From Lepidodermella squamata (lineage: Eukaryota; Animalia; Gastrotricha): DNA of 64,000 bases. This document shows, piece by piece, positions 50,198-63,100 of this stretch. Under the pieces are notes generated by a model. It saw only the letters and a list, made by a program, of their open reading frames with translations, had not been told where the DNA came from and did no database searches. The DNA is taken from contig JBLDXI010000059.1 of assembly GCA_047495785.1 (NCBI GenBank), positions 124,001 to 188,000 on the forward strand. Direction: 5' to 3'. Within the stretch, counting starts at the first letter, position 1; every line of letters starts with the position of its first letter. The position numbers and the translations under genes were made by a program.

Positions 50198-50915
50198 ATG
50201 GATCAAGGAGAGAAGGATGCTGCCGTCAATAGGAAGCTGAACGATGATGTCTCTGCCGTATACCACAAAATGTCTCCAGCCGTAAGTATGAAAGAGGAAT
50301 CTTTTCAAAATATAAGGCTAGAATATTTCAGTTGGTCGACTTCGAATCATCAACCGATCATCTGCAGTCGTGCCTAGCTGACTGTCACTTGATGGTGGAC
50401 TCGGTGAGGTCAGATGCTGGAGCAGTTCACGCCTTATTACCTCAACTCAAAGCCAGTTTTGCTCAAATGGAAACGCTTTTTGCTTCTGTCGATCGGCTAG
50501 AGGTTCGTGTCGAATTTTCCTAAATTTTCAAATCAGAAATGAGTTGCATTTCCAGGAGCTTGTGACGAATGCTACTGCCAATGTGGAAATGCTAGAAAGA
50601 GAAATGGCTCTAGCGGAGAAGGAATTATCAAAGGCGAATTCCGGTGCCAACTCGTCGACCCTGACCGGCGCGTCCCCACCCTCTTCATCCGGCTCGTCTT
50701 CAGGCAAATTGAAGCCAAGTCTCAACTCATTTAAGAAGTTATTCAAGCCGAAAAGCGCATCATCATCGTCTTCATCACCGTCATCTTCGAGTAGCATGGC
50801 GACCTCTAGCCATTCGGCCGGCGGGCTTTACATGGCGCCGCCGCAAATATTTTTCGCCGCCGACTATTTCCCACATAATAATAATAATAATCAGCAACCA
50901 AACAAATCTGGATGA
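50198..50915 (+). CDS. BLOC1S4: BLOC-1 subunit 4 (cappuccino)-like, 3 exons
   Basis: Coiled-coil protein with LMVDSVRSD, METLFASVDRLEELV..NVEMLE..AEKEL and C-terminal PPQIFFAADYF. Confidence 0.75.
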
Positions 50916-51086
50916 AATTGAATTTTCGTTATACTGGTATTATTCTGCTGTGTTTTATTCAGAGATTTATCATATTTAAATCTGGCATTTTCTACGGATG
51001 ATTTTTTTTCTTTTGCATTGAATGGCTTTCATCTGGATGATTGAAAATAAAAATGAGCCGCATCTGTTGCTTGACATTTTCGTGTT

Positions 51087-53827
51087 TTAATCTTCCGATT
51101 GAGGTCTTATTCGCACATGAACGTAGGTTTCAGACAGCGATTTTTCAGTCAAAGCCCTCATGCAAATAATTCCTTGCTGGCCAATAGTTGGGGTAGCTCC
51201 GTATAACGCGACCAGGATGAATAGCTTTCGTCTATCAACCGGGAGAGAGTAGTCCACCGCGGAAACAAGACTCGAAATCGTTGTACCGATCGTGAGAGAT
51301 GGAAGAGCCAAAGGGGGCACTTTTGACGGTTTGAATCTTTCGCCATCGTTTTTTATTGAAAATCCCTGAATTCTTCCATTGCCATCGTCCGCAACCAGCA
51401 AATTTCCGATGGCATCAAAAAACAACCCTTTTGGACGTAGTACCTGGTTCGCCCCTTCACCAGCCGACGCTAGCTGGCCAATCAGCTCCGATCGCAGGTT
51501 CATTTCAATTGATATCGTGTAAATTTTCACGCGAAACAGCACAACTTGTGAGTGCTTGCGGTCGCTAACGGCTAGGATATGTACCTTTCTCTGGCCCAGC
51601 TCGGTATCACCCTCATCCTCATCCAAGTCAGGCAATCTATAGAACGCGCATTTGTATGGCGCCCATTTACTTTCGGCTCCAGGCGAAATTCGAAGCAGGC
51701 ACCGCCTACTGAGGGTTGAGAAAACGCGAACGGCCTGGTCTGCTTCATCACACGAGTACAGCAAGTTCTTGTCGACATCAACTGCAAGGCCGGCGAAGTT
51801 CGGAAATTGCCTCGATGGTTCGATAAAACACTCGGCGACCACGGATTTGTTAAACTGACCTTTATACTCGACTTCACTCAAACTGGCGAGAAAGATGCCG
51901 TCGTTCTGATGCGTAGTGAAATATAGCTTGTTTGTGTAGTGGTCCAGGGTTGCGTGCATTATTTTCGAGTTAACTCTGGCGGATGTTGCGACATGGCCCG
52001 ACCAAGCTTCAGTAGGCGCGTCATCATTCTTCTGCAATGCCTGAAAGTCGCTGGGTTGAAAAAAAAATTATTGCTCACATTATCCGACTTACGACTATGT
52101 CGCCGTTGTAGCAGACGGCGATGATGATACTTTGGATTGGGTGGGAGATAAGTTCGACGCAATGAGAGGGAGCTGCCCACCATAGTCCACGTTTGGTGCG
52201 GGGTATCGCTGCAATGTTTTGCCAATATCGTTTTTGGTAATACAAGCGATGCTATAAGAAAAACAAGACCATCGCATTGAGATTCGGAGACCAAACTCAG
52301 TTAATACCTTCTCTTCAAGTTCATCCCAAGTTTGCAGAGACTCGTGGGGGCCAGGCGCGGTGAGGGCTCCCCTTGCCACGTAGTTAGAAATCGGAATGAT
52401 GGTGAATGGGTCAGATATAATATTTTTAATCGTGGGTCGATTATACGGATTTTCGCGGGCACTCAAAATTTTCGACACAAGATCGACCATTTCTCGACTG
52501 TAATTCTCAAATAAAGTCAGGTTGGCTTCCACGCTAAATATAATGATTACTCATTCGAAGGAAAAGTGCTTAGTGACAACTCACGGATTTTCTCCATTGA
52601 CAAATAAAGGCTCCTGCAAGGTAGCCATGTGATAAAGAACAAGCCCAAGTTGCCAAATGTCTGATTGTTGATCGTAGAAACCTGGGCGAAGCATTTCTGG
52701 AGCCATGTACATGACATTTCCTACTATTGTTTTGCCGATAACTGGCTGGACGAAGGGCAGCGTGTTCTCTTCATCAAGAATGCTCGACGTACTTTGACTT
52801 CGCTGTTCAGATGGTCGTTGCTCAGATGCGCGGGGTTTCAAAGTGCTACAAGACGGTATTTCAAATAGTTTTAACTTCTCTAGTAGTGCTTACTCTTCAA
52901 TTGTTTTTGCAATATCAAAACTCCCCAGTTTTATCAACTTCGCATCATTATCCAAGAAAATATTCTAGAATAAGGTTTAGAAAGCTAAACACTTTTGAAG
53001 TCGAGAAAAAGATAGAACATACATCGACCGTGATTCCCCTGTGGATTATCTGTTGCTCATGTATAAAATTGACGACTAGAGCTAATTGACAGAACCAAGA
53101 TTGAATTTGTTGTTCTTCAAGCTGTTGGCCTTTTCGATTTTCCAAGAACTTGGCCAAAGTTCCTGACAATAGTAAAATTAGTTTGACTAAATCATGATTT
53201 TCCCATCCTTACCCCCGTCACAATATTCCAAGACCAGGTACAAAACATCATCCTCTGTTGTAAAAAGTCAAGGATCAATGTTGTAATGTTGAACATTCTG
53301 GAAATTTTTACTGAAGAAATGCTGGTACAGTTGAATGATATTTGCATGCGTGAAGCCATTCAGTTTTCGAAGAAGCTCAGGCTGCAGAAGTCAAAATTTA
53401 ACCATCTTCGCTGCACCGTACAACAACAATTACCTCCTTTGATGCCAGCTCTTTGTTTCGCTGATCGTCAGTCAAAAATTCCTTGAGAAGCACGCTCTTC
53501 AGCATCACCATCTTGCCGTCCACCTTTTGGCGGGCCAGCACTATTTTACCGAATCGGCCGGACTGCAGCGGAAGCGTGTGCTTCAGTATTTCGTAGCGAT
53601 CAAGCATTTTTCTGCGGTGGTACTTAGAATCTAGCTCAGAGTTTCGGGGAGTATAAAACTGTGTGGTTACTGCGTGGGATCTCCTCGCTATCTTATCTGT
53701 TATATAGTCAGTCAAATGCCGGCGCTGGAAATAGATACGAGAAAAACAGACTCTGCCAGATTACCACTCCAAGCATACGTGCATGATCTACTGGGAGCTC
53801 ATCTGAATTGTAGCATGGGAATGCCAT
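51087..53827 (-). CDS. NEK-like pseudokinase fused to an NHL-repeat beta-propeller, ~9 exons
   Basis: Manual splicing gives one frame: RYEIL..SGRFG..VMLK..KE|PELL..HANII..LYLVLEYCDGGTL..IIHRGITVD|N..KLGSFD..GNVMYMAPE..SDIWQLG..RPT, then ..LEEK|HRLY..GDIV|ALQK into NHL-like repeats (GLAVD..LYSCD..VRVF; RPKGLFFDAIGNLLVADDGNGRIQGF). Start at 53827 is inferred; 53607 is the alternative. Confidence 0.8.
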
Positions 53828-53911
53828 GCGAGATTGCGGGATGAAATAAGATCAGAGCTAAACTTGATTGATCATTAAGTAAACTGAAATGAATTTTTAT
53901 TACGAAAGATT

Positions 53912-55899
53912 TCACGAAACGAAGTCTTCTCCCGTTAGCAATGCTTCGCCTTGAGTCTGGCCAGAGGCTGTCATAATCATTTTATGTAGTAAAGTTTTGG
54001 CTTCAGCCTTACGGCGCCGGTTTTCTGTTTCCTGTTTGATTCGTTCAAGCAATTGTTGACCTTCAGCAATTCGTCGTCTTGATAACGAACAAGTTTTGCG
54101 AAGATGAAGATTGGGAACAGTTAGAACTTTTACAACACCATTTTCTTCGACCTGAAGTCCCAGCTGTTTGACACTAGGCGACAGATCCTCTCGAATCCTT
54201 AGAAAAATGACGTCATGATTTGCGAAATCGGAGCTGCCAAACGGGAAGCTTTGACGAAACTAATTTTAATAAGTAACATAGAGAAGAGATTTGTAAAGCA
54301 ACTCAAGAAATTACATACCTTGAGGCTGTCGGGCACAACTACATTTTTGAGTCGTTTAACGACTTGAATCCGGTCAATGGAATCTATTACAGTTTCGGTC
54401 TGCTCTTCATTCAGTAGCCGAAACCCTGTGACATCCCGAAGTTCGGTGTGCTGCATATTTTGAACAGATTGCTTCGACAGAAATGCGGCTTGAATTGCTG
54501 CTCCTTCGACGACGGCATTGTCATCCAGAGACGAGATGTGAATGACAGCCGTTCCGTTGAAATACTTTTTAACTAAATCTTGAACTTTCGGAATGCGACA
54601 GCACCCACCAAACATGTAAACGTGGCCTATGCTGTAGCGTTCAACCCTAGCTTTTCGTTTAGCTTCGGCTAACACTGTGTCGAAAAGTTTGGGTATGTCT
54701 TTGTCTAGCCGTTGCATCAAGGCTTCGAGCTCTTCGCGAGAAAATTGTATTTTGATAGGTTTTTCACCGCCTGCTTGAACAGTGAATGTAACATTAGTGG
54801 CGGCGGATAGAACGATTTTCTTCTTCTCGCAATCTCGCCGGATATTTACGAGAACTGAGGAATGACCGCTAGCTTCTCGACCATCTTCGTCTTTAATCAG
54901 CTTGTCCACGCAAGCATTGTACAGGCTTTCCGTCAGATCGGCGCCGCCATATTCTTGCGAACCTACACTTGCTACAACGTTGATTAATCCTTGCTTCAAT
55001 TCCATTACAGATGCCTCTAGCGAATCCGCGCTGAATCGGAAAGCTATAGCGTAGCCTCCGAAAGAATAAATCTCCTCGGGATGATAGGAGTTGCACAAAT
55101 AGTAGAGTCCACCTAAAATCAACTTGGTGTGCAATCGCGCGTTAATGAATCCAGCAATTTTAGCGGCGTCCAGGTAAGCTTGACGCTGGTGATCGTTGAA
55201 ACTCGACGGAATAGCCAGCACTGCACTTTCAACTCGTTTCCCATCGAGTTCTTTCTCAGCCCTGTCTTTAACGTAGGCTAGTAACAGGGCGAACTGCATA
55301 ACTGGCGACAACTCTACAGCCTCGTCGTTAGCGTCAAATATTGGCCATTTCACGGTTTTCTCTGATCGGTGGATATTTCTAACAAGATCTGTTGCCACTT
55401 TGCAATTTAGCTGCTTTAAAAAAGCTTGGGCTATTGTACCATAGACGATAGGTGGTGAGTGGGGAGGGTCCTCTCCCGGAGCAGCTATGTACGTTGGCGT
55501 CATATTTTGGCCATGTTCATTCTGCAATATTCTCACTGAAATGGAAGCAGAAAATAATTTAAGAAGGGCGGCAATCCTATCAATTTTACCTCGGCCATTT
55601 TGGATAAGTGCAAATCGAGTATTGACAGTTCCAATATCGATGCCTATAGTTGGAAATTCCCAAGCAACAATTTTCGGCTGATTCTCAGGCGTTTGGCTCG
55701 GTGCCGGGACCGATTGAGGAGAAGTCGCCGCTGTAGCACCATAACTTATCGAGTTGCTCTTGCCCTTCTTGCGGATCGGTTCGGACTGCAGCCGATTGAT
55801 CTGCTTGTTAACACGAACAACGCAGCAATACCACGAGAGGAGGAGGAAAAGCGTCACGCCTCCGAGAATGCTGAAAAATATTGCTATCACTTCAGACAT
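53912..55899 (-). CDS. N-terminally membrane-anchored, highly divergent Hsp70-family protein, 3 exons
   Basis: TM VIAIFFSILGGVTLFLLLSWYCCVV, then GIDIGT, NEHGQNMTPTYIA, PSSFNDHQRQAYLDAAKIAG, GGAD, CEKKKIVLS, FGGCCRIPKVQ, AVVEGAAIQAA. The last exon encodes a shortened SBD remnant (LQVEENGVVKV..LSRRRI..AEAK). Confidence 0.85.
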
Positions 55900-56162
55900 C
55901 TCTCAAAATCTAATGGTCGGCGTCTATTGTTGCATGTCGGCATAGTCTGCAAGCCCATGTGACTTAATCAGATAGCGATGATTAAACAGCCTTTATCTTA
56001 TCTCAAGCCGCCCTGTATCAACGAAACTGTCCTTCTTTCCCAACAAAGCACCAAATAAAAACACGACTGATTATATAGGTAGCTGATTTTATTCCGATCT
56101 AATGATATAACCTATATTATCTTTTAAAGAAAATTGCCACGTTCAAAAATATACGCGAATAG

Positions 56163-59100
56163 TTAATCAGCGTTCGTTTGAGACAATTGTTGCAATCTTG
56201 AAAGAGCTGCAAACAGCTGCAACATATTCGGCAAAGGCTCGTTGAAATGCTTGGACAGCGACGAAAAATAATATTCTGGAGCCTGAAAATCAACCTCAGT
56301 CTACTGAAATCTCCTCGTTTTTATTTTCCTACCTTTTTCTCCAACTGCAGCATAGTTGATAGCTTCTCGCCATCGAATTCCTCCATTTTAGCGCCAAATT
56401 TCCTTCAAAACAGGTGAAAATTAACATGAAGCTAAAAGTTCGCAAGACATACTGATAAAGCTTTTCCTGCTGCAACCATTTTTTCACGTCATTTTTCGAC
56501 CATTTCGAAACTGAGGGATTGAGCGGAATGTTATTTGAATCTCTACGACCAGTAGTACCATTGGCCGGCGCTGCTGCAGAGACGGAAGTCGGGGCTACTA
56601 TGTTGTTTTCCACGGGCGCATGGTTACCATTGACCTGCTTTACCGCGCTATTCTGCGAGCCACCGATAGCTTCAATTTCGGCTAGCAAATGCTCGAACGC
56701 TTCCTCGAATTGCGATTTTGTTAAAGACATGTCGATGTACTTTCTGGCTCGCACTAGAATACCTAGCCAGCCATCAGGAGCATAACTGAAATACGCAAAG
56801 CAATGAGGACGAAATCATTGACTCGACAATAACGTACTGATACTCCATGTTTATAGGAATCATAGGTTTCGATAGAACGTGCGTGTATTGAGCTGAAAGA
56901 TTCATATGCAAATTCGAAGGTATATCGGTGAATAAATTAGCTGACCTTCAGCGCGGCAAGGATTACTCAGCTTGTAGCTATCTGAGAAGCAAACTAGCAC
57001 TAGCCACGCGTTTTCCACTGCCTGGGCCATTTTCTCTAGCAAGTCGCCGTGCATCTTGTCAACGTCCATCCAAACTTTGAAGCCTTTTGCGACAAGCTGA
57101 GCTTTCATTCGCAAAACAGTCTCCTGCTGTTTCCAAGAATAGCTGATGAAAATGTGCCGGTCATTTGCGTCTCCAGTTCGGCGTTTCGTCGGCGAAGCGC
57201 CGCCCTCCACAATTTTCTCCCATTTTTCGATGAAATTCAGCGTGCGACTAGCAATTTTTTTGACATTTTCATCTTCGGAGAGAGTTAAATTTTTCAAGGG
57301 ATTCATCAATTTCTCCTTCTCGGCCCTGATTTTGCTGCGGATCGAAGATTCGTAAGACAGAGCCCACAACAACTCAAGTCCTTTGATCTGATCATCAGGC
57401 CTGTCGCTGTCCAGCATGTCCGAAATGAGGTCAACGACGTAGTTGTCCATAAGCGTTTTCTTGTTGTGATCATTCGAGGCAAGAGCTCGCAGTCCGTCCA
57501 TCAATTCGTCCAGGGTAAATAGGCCTACCCCAGGGCTAAAGGCTTTGCGGCCAGGGTGGTTCATTGCCATTTTAGTCAGTTGCACGATAGATTTTACCAC
57601 TCCTTTTTCGTCGACCAACTTGGACGATTCCTCTGAATCAGCTAAGATATGCGCCAGGCACAAACTTCCTAGTATCAACGAGTTGGGCACACTTAGATGC
57701 TTTGTGATAATCTATAGAAAAATTTTAAATTCGAAACCCCATGGCAAGCATTTTTTATCACCTTAACGGCGTCGTTGCCCAACAGTTCGTTTTTGTTTTC
57801 GGGCGAACGGGCCAGATTGTACAGGATAAAAATACACTTTTGAGCCAGGTCAGCGTTGACGTGACCTTTCTGTCCCTTTTCGGGTCCATTTTTGAGATTT
57901 TTCAGCAAAAATGGTATGAAACCGGCTTTAGCAAAAGCCTATTAAGTAAGGTGGGACATAAGAAATCTGGAATATAAAATTCGAAATTTCTTACCAATCT
58001 AGCATCAACGAGCTCCGTTATGTTCGAAATGTGAAGAAGTAGATTTTGAATCATTTGGAAAGCGACATCATTCGACTCGAGATTTTGTTTCAACAAAAAC
58101 TTCGAAAAAACGAAAGCAATATCTGCGAAAAGAACAAAACAGCTTAACCTTATTTTCGAGCATCTGAAACTATTTTTACCTGGATAATTTTCTTGAATCA
58201 AAACCTGAACGACTTTTTCGCGCCATTTAGGATCCCAAGCTGAGAACGAATCGTTGAGCAACTCTATTGCCCGTGCAGATTCGTTGCAAACCAAGCTCGT
58301 CGGGGATAGGTCGTTCAGTTTTGTGAGAAAATTAACACGTAATCGCGTTTCATTCAACGCCCGCTCTAATAAATGAATCATATCATTGTCCTGAAAAGTT
58401 GCCTCGCCGTCCTGCTTATTGTTGTCCTGCTGTAGAAGCAACGTGTCATTCGATTCACTCTCTTTCAGCCTCTTCACCTCGCCGTCAGTTTCGCTATTCG
58501 GCGATTCCGAATCGGCCTTGACAGTGGAATTGCCTTGCGGTTCTTCTGATATCGAAGATCTAACTGCAGCCGAACTCGCATTACCTTCGCGTTGTTGTTT
58601 GATATTCGAAAGGATTTTCTTCGCCTTCAAAACGGGCATAGTTTCGAGCGACGAACTGTTCATTGCCGAAACTTTGCCCCACATCACCTGAATATCTTGT
58701 TGAGAGAGAGCTGTTTGGCTGAGCTTTGTTCGCTCCGAGAAAAGAGCCAGAAACAGCTCAACGCCTCTCAGCTGCGTGTTTTCATTGCTAGAATTCAGCA
58801 GCTCGCAAATCGAGTTGATAACCCCATTTTGCAGCAGTTTCTTCATATTTGCCTCATTCTGGCTGATATAGACTAGCCCATCGACTAGACCATCTACCGG
58901 CATGCGAAACTCGTGCTTGCTACCGGGTTTCAGCTCATTGGTTATGGCGCGGATGAAAACGAGGTTAACATTTCGGTCGTCCACAAATTTCGCAGCCGGG
59001 GGTGATCGTCCGTTCAGAAGTTTCAGAAAGCACAGCGAAGCCATGCATTTAATATCTTCATCAGTTGCGTCCATCATATTGGCAAATGTCTAAAATAAGG

Positions 59101-59872
59101 AATAATATATGTTCATCCGCCTTAATGAGTCAATTGAAAACGAACGCCCATTGCTCCACTCTTCATGAAATCATTTGCGTAGACGTTCGATTTCAAGATA
59201 TTCAGAGCCGTATGCAAGCAGCATCGAACCAAGAAATTATCGTTACTTGGGGCCTAATTTGTATAAATTTTAAATCACGTTGTTGGACGTAAAAATTTGC
59301 GATTACTTCGTCTGTTTTCGGCTTCGGGGCATTGTTTTTGAGCTTCGCAATCTCCTGAGACAAAAATCCCATGATCACTTCGACAGCTCCAGCCTTGGCT
59401 AGTTGCTGATTTAAAAAAATGTGTAGTATAAAAAATCTAATTTTAAACTTATATCTACCTGTCTAAAGTCTTTGTAGTCGCTAAAATTTGACATGGAACC
59501 GAACAAGTTACGACAAAATTTGGCTGTGCCGTCATCTTTTCCTGTGGCTTTTGGAATAGTTTGCTTCATTATCGCTACCAAAGACTCTGAATGGTTGTAG
59601 TTCAAATATTACAACAATTTCTCGATAATTATTAAATAGAAAATACCAGGGTAGCCTTCTTCTGATAGCGCGGCTGCAACTTCTTGCCGCCATTGCTTCC
59701 AGTCGCCGTAACTCTTGTGAACTTTCCACACAACGTCCCTGGTGTCTTTCGTCACGAATGACTTCGGGTTTGATTTCACGAATTTGACCAAAGCCTTGAC
59801 GCGTGACCTGGTTTCGGCGACTGCCTCTTCCACCGAATGTGCCACAGAGTTTTCCGGAACACTGCTGGTCAT
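56163..59872 (-). CDS. Tandem ARM-like helical modules - TIR - SAM-like protein, multi-exon
   Basis: Two homologous helical modules (AETRSRVKALVK.. and NETRLRVNFLTK..) with ARM-like LYNLARSPENK, LRALASNDHNK, LLWALSY. TIR: HIFISYSW..GFKVWMD..MAQAVENA..SYKLSNPCRAEAQY..KPMIPI..YAPDGWLG. SAM-like: VSKWSKNDVKKWL..FDGEKL..APEYYF. Confidence 0.88.
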
Positions 59873-60160
59873 TTTAAAACGTGTCGAATGTGCCGCAAAT
59901 GAAAAATAAAGCTAGCATGATCTGCGTTTCCTTTCAGCGCGGCAAGGTGAGAGGTAAACATCCTTTGAAATCGCGTCAAAGGACGTTATTCATAGCAACT
60001 GCTCCGCCTCTAATCGGATAATAGCGTGAGCCAAGTCGGCGGCGCGCTCAATTTCGTCACAGAATGAGTTGTACCCATATTAAGTGAGTTTTAAAGTCGT
60101 AAAAATTTGTGGCTTTATTGAAAACAAAAAAATCAATTCGCGACGTAACTAAACAACAGC

Positions 60161-63100
60161 CTAGTTGTTTATGGTGTCAGGAAACGATGCAGAAAGACGT
60201 TCAAGTGCCGCATACAGTTCAAGCATATTAGGCAAACTCTCGTCGAAATGCTTGGAGACTGCGGCGTAGTAGTATTCAGGTGCCTAGAGACGATAAACAA
60301 AAAAACACGAGTATTCAGGAAACAGCACGAATCTAGGGCACGCGAAGATTTACCTCCTTGTGGAGTTGTAAAAGCTGCCACAGTTTAATTCCGTCAAATT
60401 CGACCATCTTTTTGCCAAATTTGCTGTAAATAATAAGGCTGTTACTACGAAAATATCGATTAGACAAGGAAGCCTTACTCTTTCAGCTTTTCGAGTGACA
60501 ACCAGTACAAAATATCATCTTTTGTCCAGTGCATTAGATGATTTGGGTTCAAGCCCTTCGGAGGAATTTTCTTCTCGTCAAGTAAAGGTAGGACAATACT
60601 CGCATATTGCTTCGACTCGTCGACTTTGCGATCATTTTTCGGTTTGGCTTCGGCTGAATCGTTCCGCTTCGTTTCTTCGACTTTGTGGTCGATTTTCGGC
60701 GTGACTTCGGATGGTTCATTCGGCTTCGGTCCATGGTCTTTTGGTTTGGCTTCTGCTGACTCTTTCCGCTTCGATTCGTCGACGTGGCTATCGTTAATTG
60801 GTTCAACTTCAGCACCGCGATCGGGAACCGGACTCTTTTCTCTTGCAGAATCTTCAGGCACTTCTTCAGTTTTTGAAGTGTTCACCTGCTCCGAAGGCTC
60901 GCTTATTGGCATTTCGGGGGCTGGAGATGGGCGGCGGCTGACAGCAGGCTCTAAATTTGAATTCCTACGGCTATTCGTTTCCTTAGCATCCGTCACAGAC
61001 TGAACGAGCGAATGTAAGATTTCTTCGACCGTAGCTTTTGCTGTTTCAGTTTCCTCATTTTCCTCGACCACGTTATCTTTGGAAGTTGGCCGAGGTGAGG
61101 TCTTCCCATCTATAACTGATTGGGGCCGACTAGCAGCTTTTGCATTAGGTGAGGGACTTGGCCGACTCTTGGAATCTTCTAGCTGAGCCCCGGGAGTTGG
61201 GGTAATTCTCCTTTCTCCTTCGACATTGACAAGGGGCTCATTTTTGTCGACGATTTTCTCAGTTGCTGATGTTGGCCTGGTTGGCGATTTACTTCGTTTT
61301 TTACTCTCGTTGGAAGTTGGAGAGGTTCTGCCGCTAGCAGGCGGCGATTTTCGAAGCGCAGCCGATTTGTTAGCGTTTATCCGAGCAATTAGCCGGTTCG
61401 CCATCAGACCATGAATGGGAGAATCAAGAAATGTGGATAAAGCCTGAAAAATAGAGATTTAACCTCGAGTGGAAATTAGGTCTTATTGCTGCGTTACATC
61501 AGATGCGTTATTATCGTTGAACGTTTGACACAACTCGGGACTTTGAGCCAAACAACTCAACAAATTTATTGCTTCGTAGGCCACAGCATCAGCGGCAGGC
61601 AACTGAAAAATATCCAAGTGGTAGAGAAACAAAATTTCCCAATCTATTTACCTCGCTATCCGAGGTCTGCTTCTTCAGATAATCAAGTAAAAATTCCAGA
61701 AGTTCATCGGCTAGAGGCTGGAAAATGGAATAGCAATTCATTTTAATCAAAATTAGTAATTCAACTTACCTTTCGAATAGCAGGACAAACTGAACCGATT
61801 GCTGAAAGGTAGGAGTAGATATGCGTGATGAGTTGGGCAGATTCTGGAGCAGGTTCAGCCAGGTAATTTTCCGTGAAGGCTCGAGAATACGCGCCCGAAA
61901 CAGCTGCAAAAAATTATTAGAAATTTTGCGGATTTATAAAAATTATCAGAAATTTTGTTACCGGGCAATGGTTCTCGAATCATGGACTCCGAAATTTCAG
62001 GCAGCCAGTCAGCAGGCCACGCATTCACAGACTCAGCAATCAGCTTCCAGGCTAAGCGAGGTTCAGGGCTCGTCAAACTGGACGAAGACAGCTTGTTGAG
62101 TTTTTCCAGAAAATTCACGCGCAGGCGCATTTCGCTAATCGCGTCGGCTTCCGCCTCAATCACTTCGTTCTGCTTAAACACGACAGCGCCAGGCTCTTTT
62201 ATCGGCCCAGGATCAGGAGGCGATTCAATGCGGAATGTTTTAGACCGCGTGCTCTGATCGAGCGTGTTTTCTTTCTGCGCTTCATTCTCATCTTCTTCAA
62301 TGACGCTGTCGACAAGGGGATTGCCAGCTTCGAACTGAATTCCAGGCGTAGTTGCAGCTGTTTCAGGGCGGCTGGGATTCAACCGCTTTCGTCGGATTAA
62401 ATCAATCGCGTCGATGTTTTTTGTTATCAACTCGGCATTTCTGTTATTAAATTCGGTCATATTCTTGATGATCTCGAGGCACTGTAGTAACCGAGAAATC
62501 TCGCCATCGGTAATTTGAAGCGTGTGATCTCCGGTCGCCAACGCTAAAAGCAGGTGCAAAGTGCGCCTTCGAAGTCCATGAAGCCCGTTGACTTCTAGCA
62601 AGCGAATAATAGTGCTGATAACGCCGAATTTCATCAATTTCGGCTTGTTCGCTTCAAAGTCACACAGGTGGGTGAGTCCGGTTATCAACGCTTCGACCGC
62701 TTCTACAGATACTTTCACGTCGCTTAGATTCTGGTTGCCTGATGCTAATGCGGCATCTAGCCAAGCGGTGATTGCCTTGATGAATACCGCTCCTACGTTT
62801 TTCTCATCATTGTAATTATTCTGCGGCTTCTTGTTGTGAAGCAAGTTTAAATGGCACAAAGCCGCGAGGCACTTGACTTCCTCGTCAAGCCCGCTAATCA
62901 AAATCGGGAAAATCTGAAATTTGAAGACGTAACTTTTCTGAAGGTGAAGATCAGGTAACATACGTTCATAGCGCCGGCATTAATCATTTCTACCGTGTGG
63001 TCGGGCGTTTTCAGCAAGTTCAGCAGCAATTGGAGACAGCTTTTCGTCAAGAAATTGTTGGGAGCCCCTGCACCCTGCGTCATAGCTGGGTTCTTTATCT

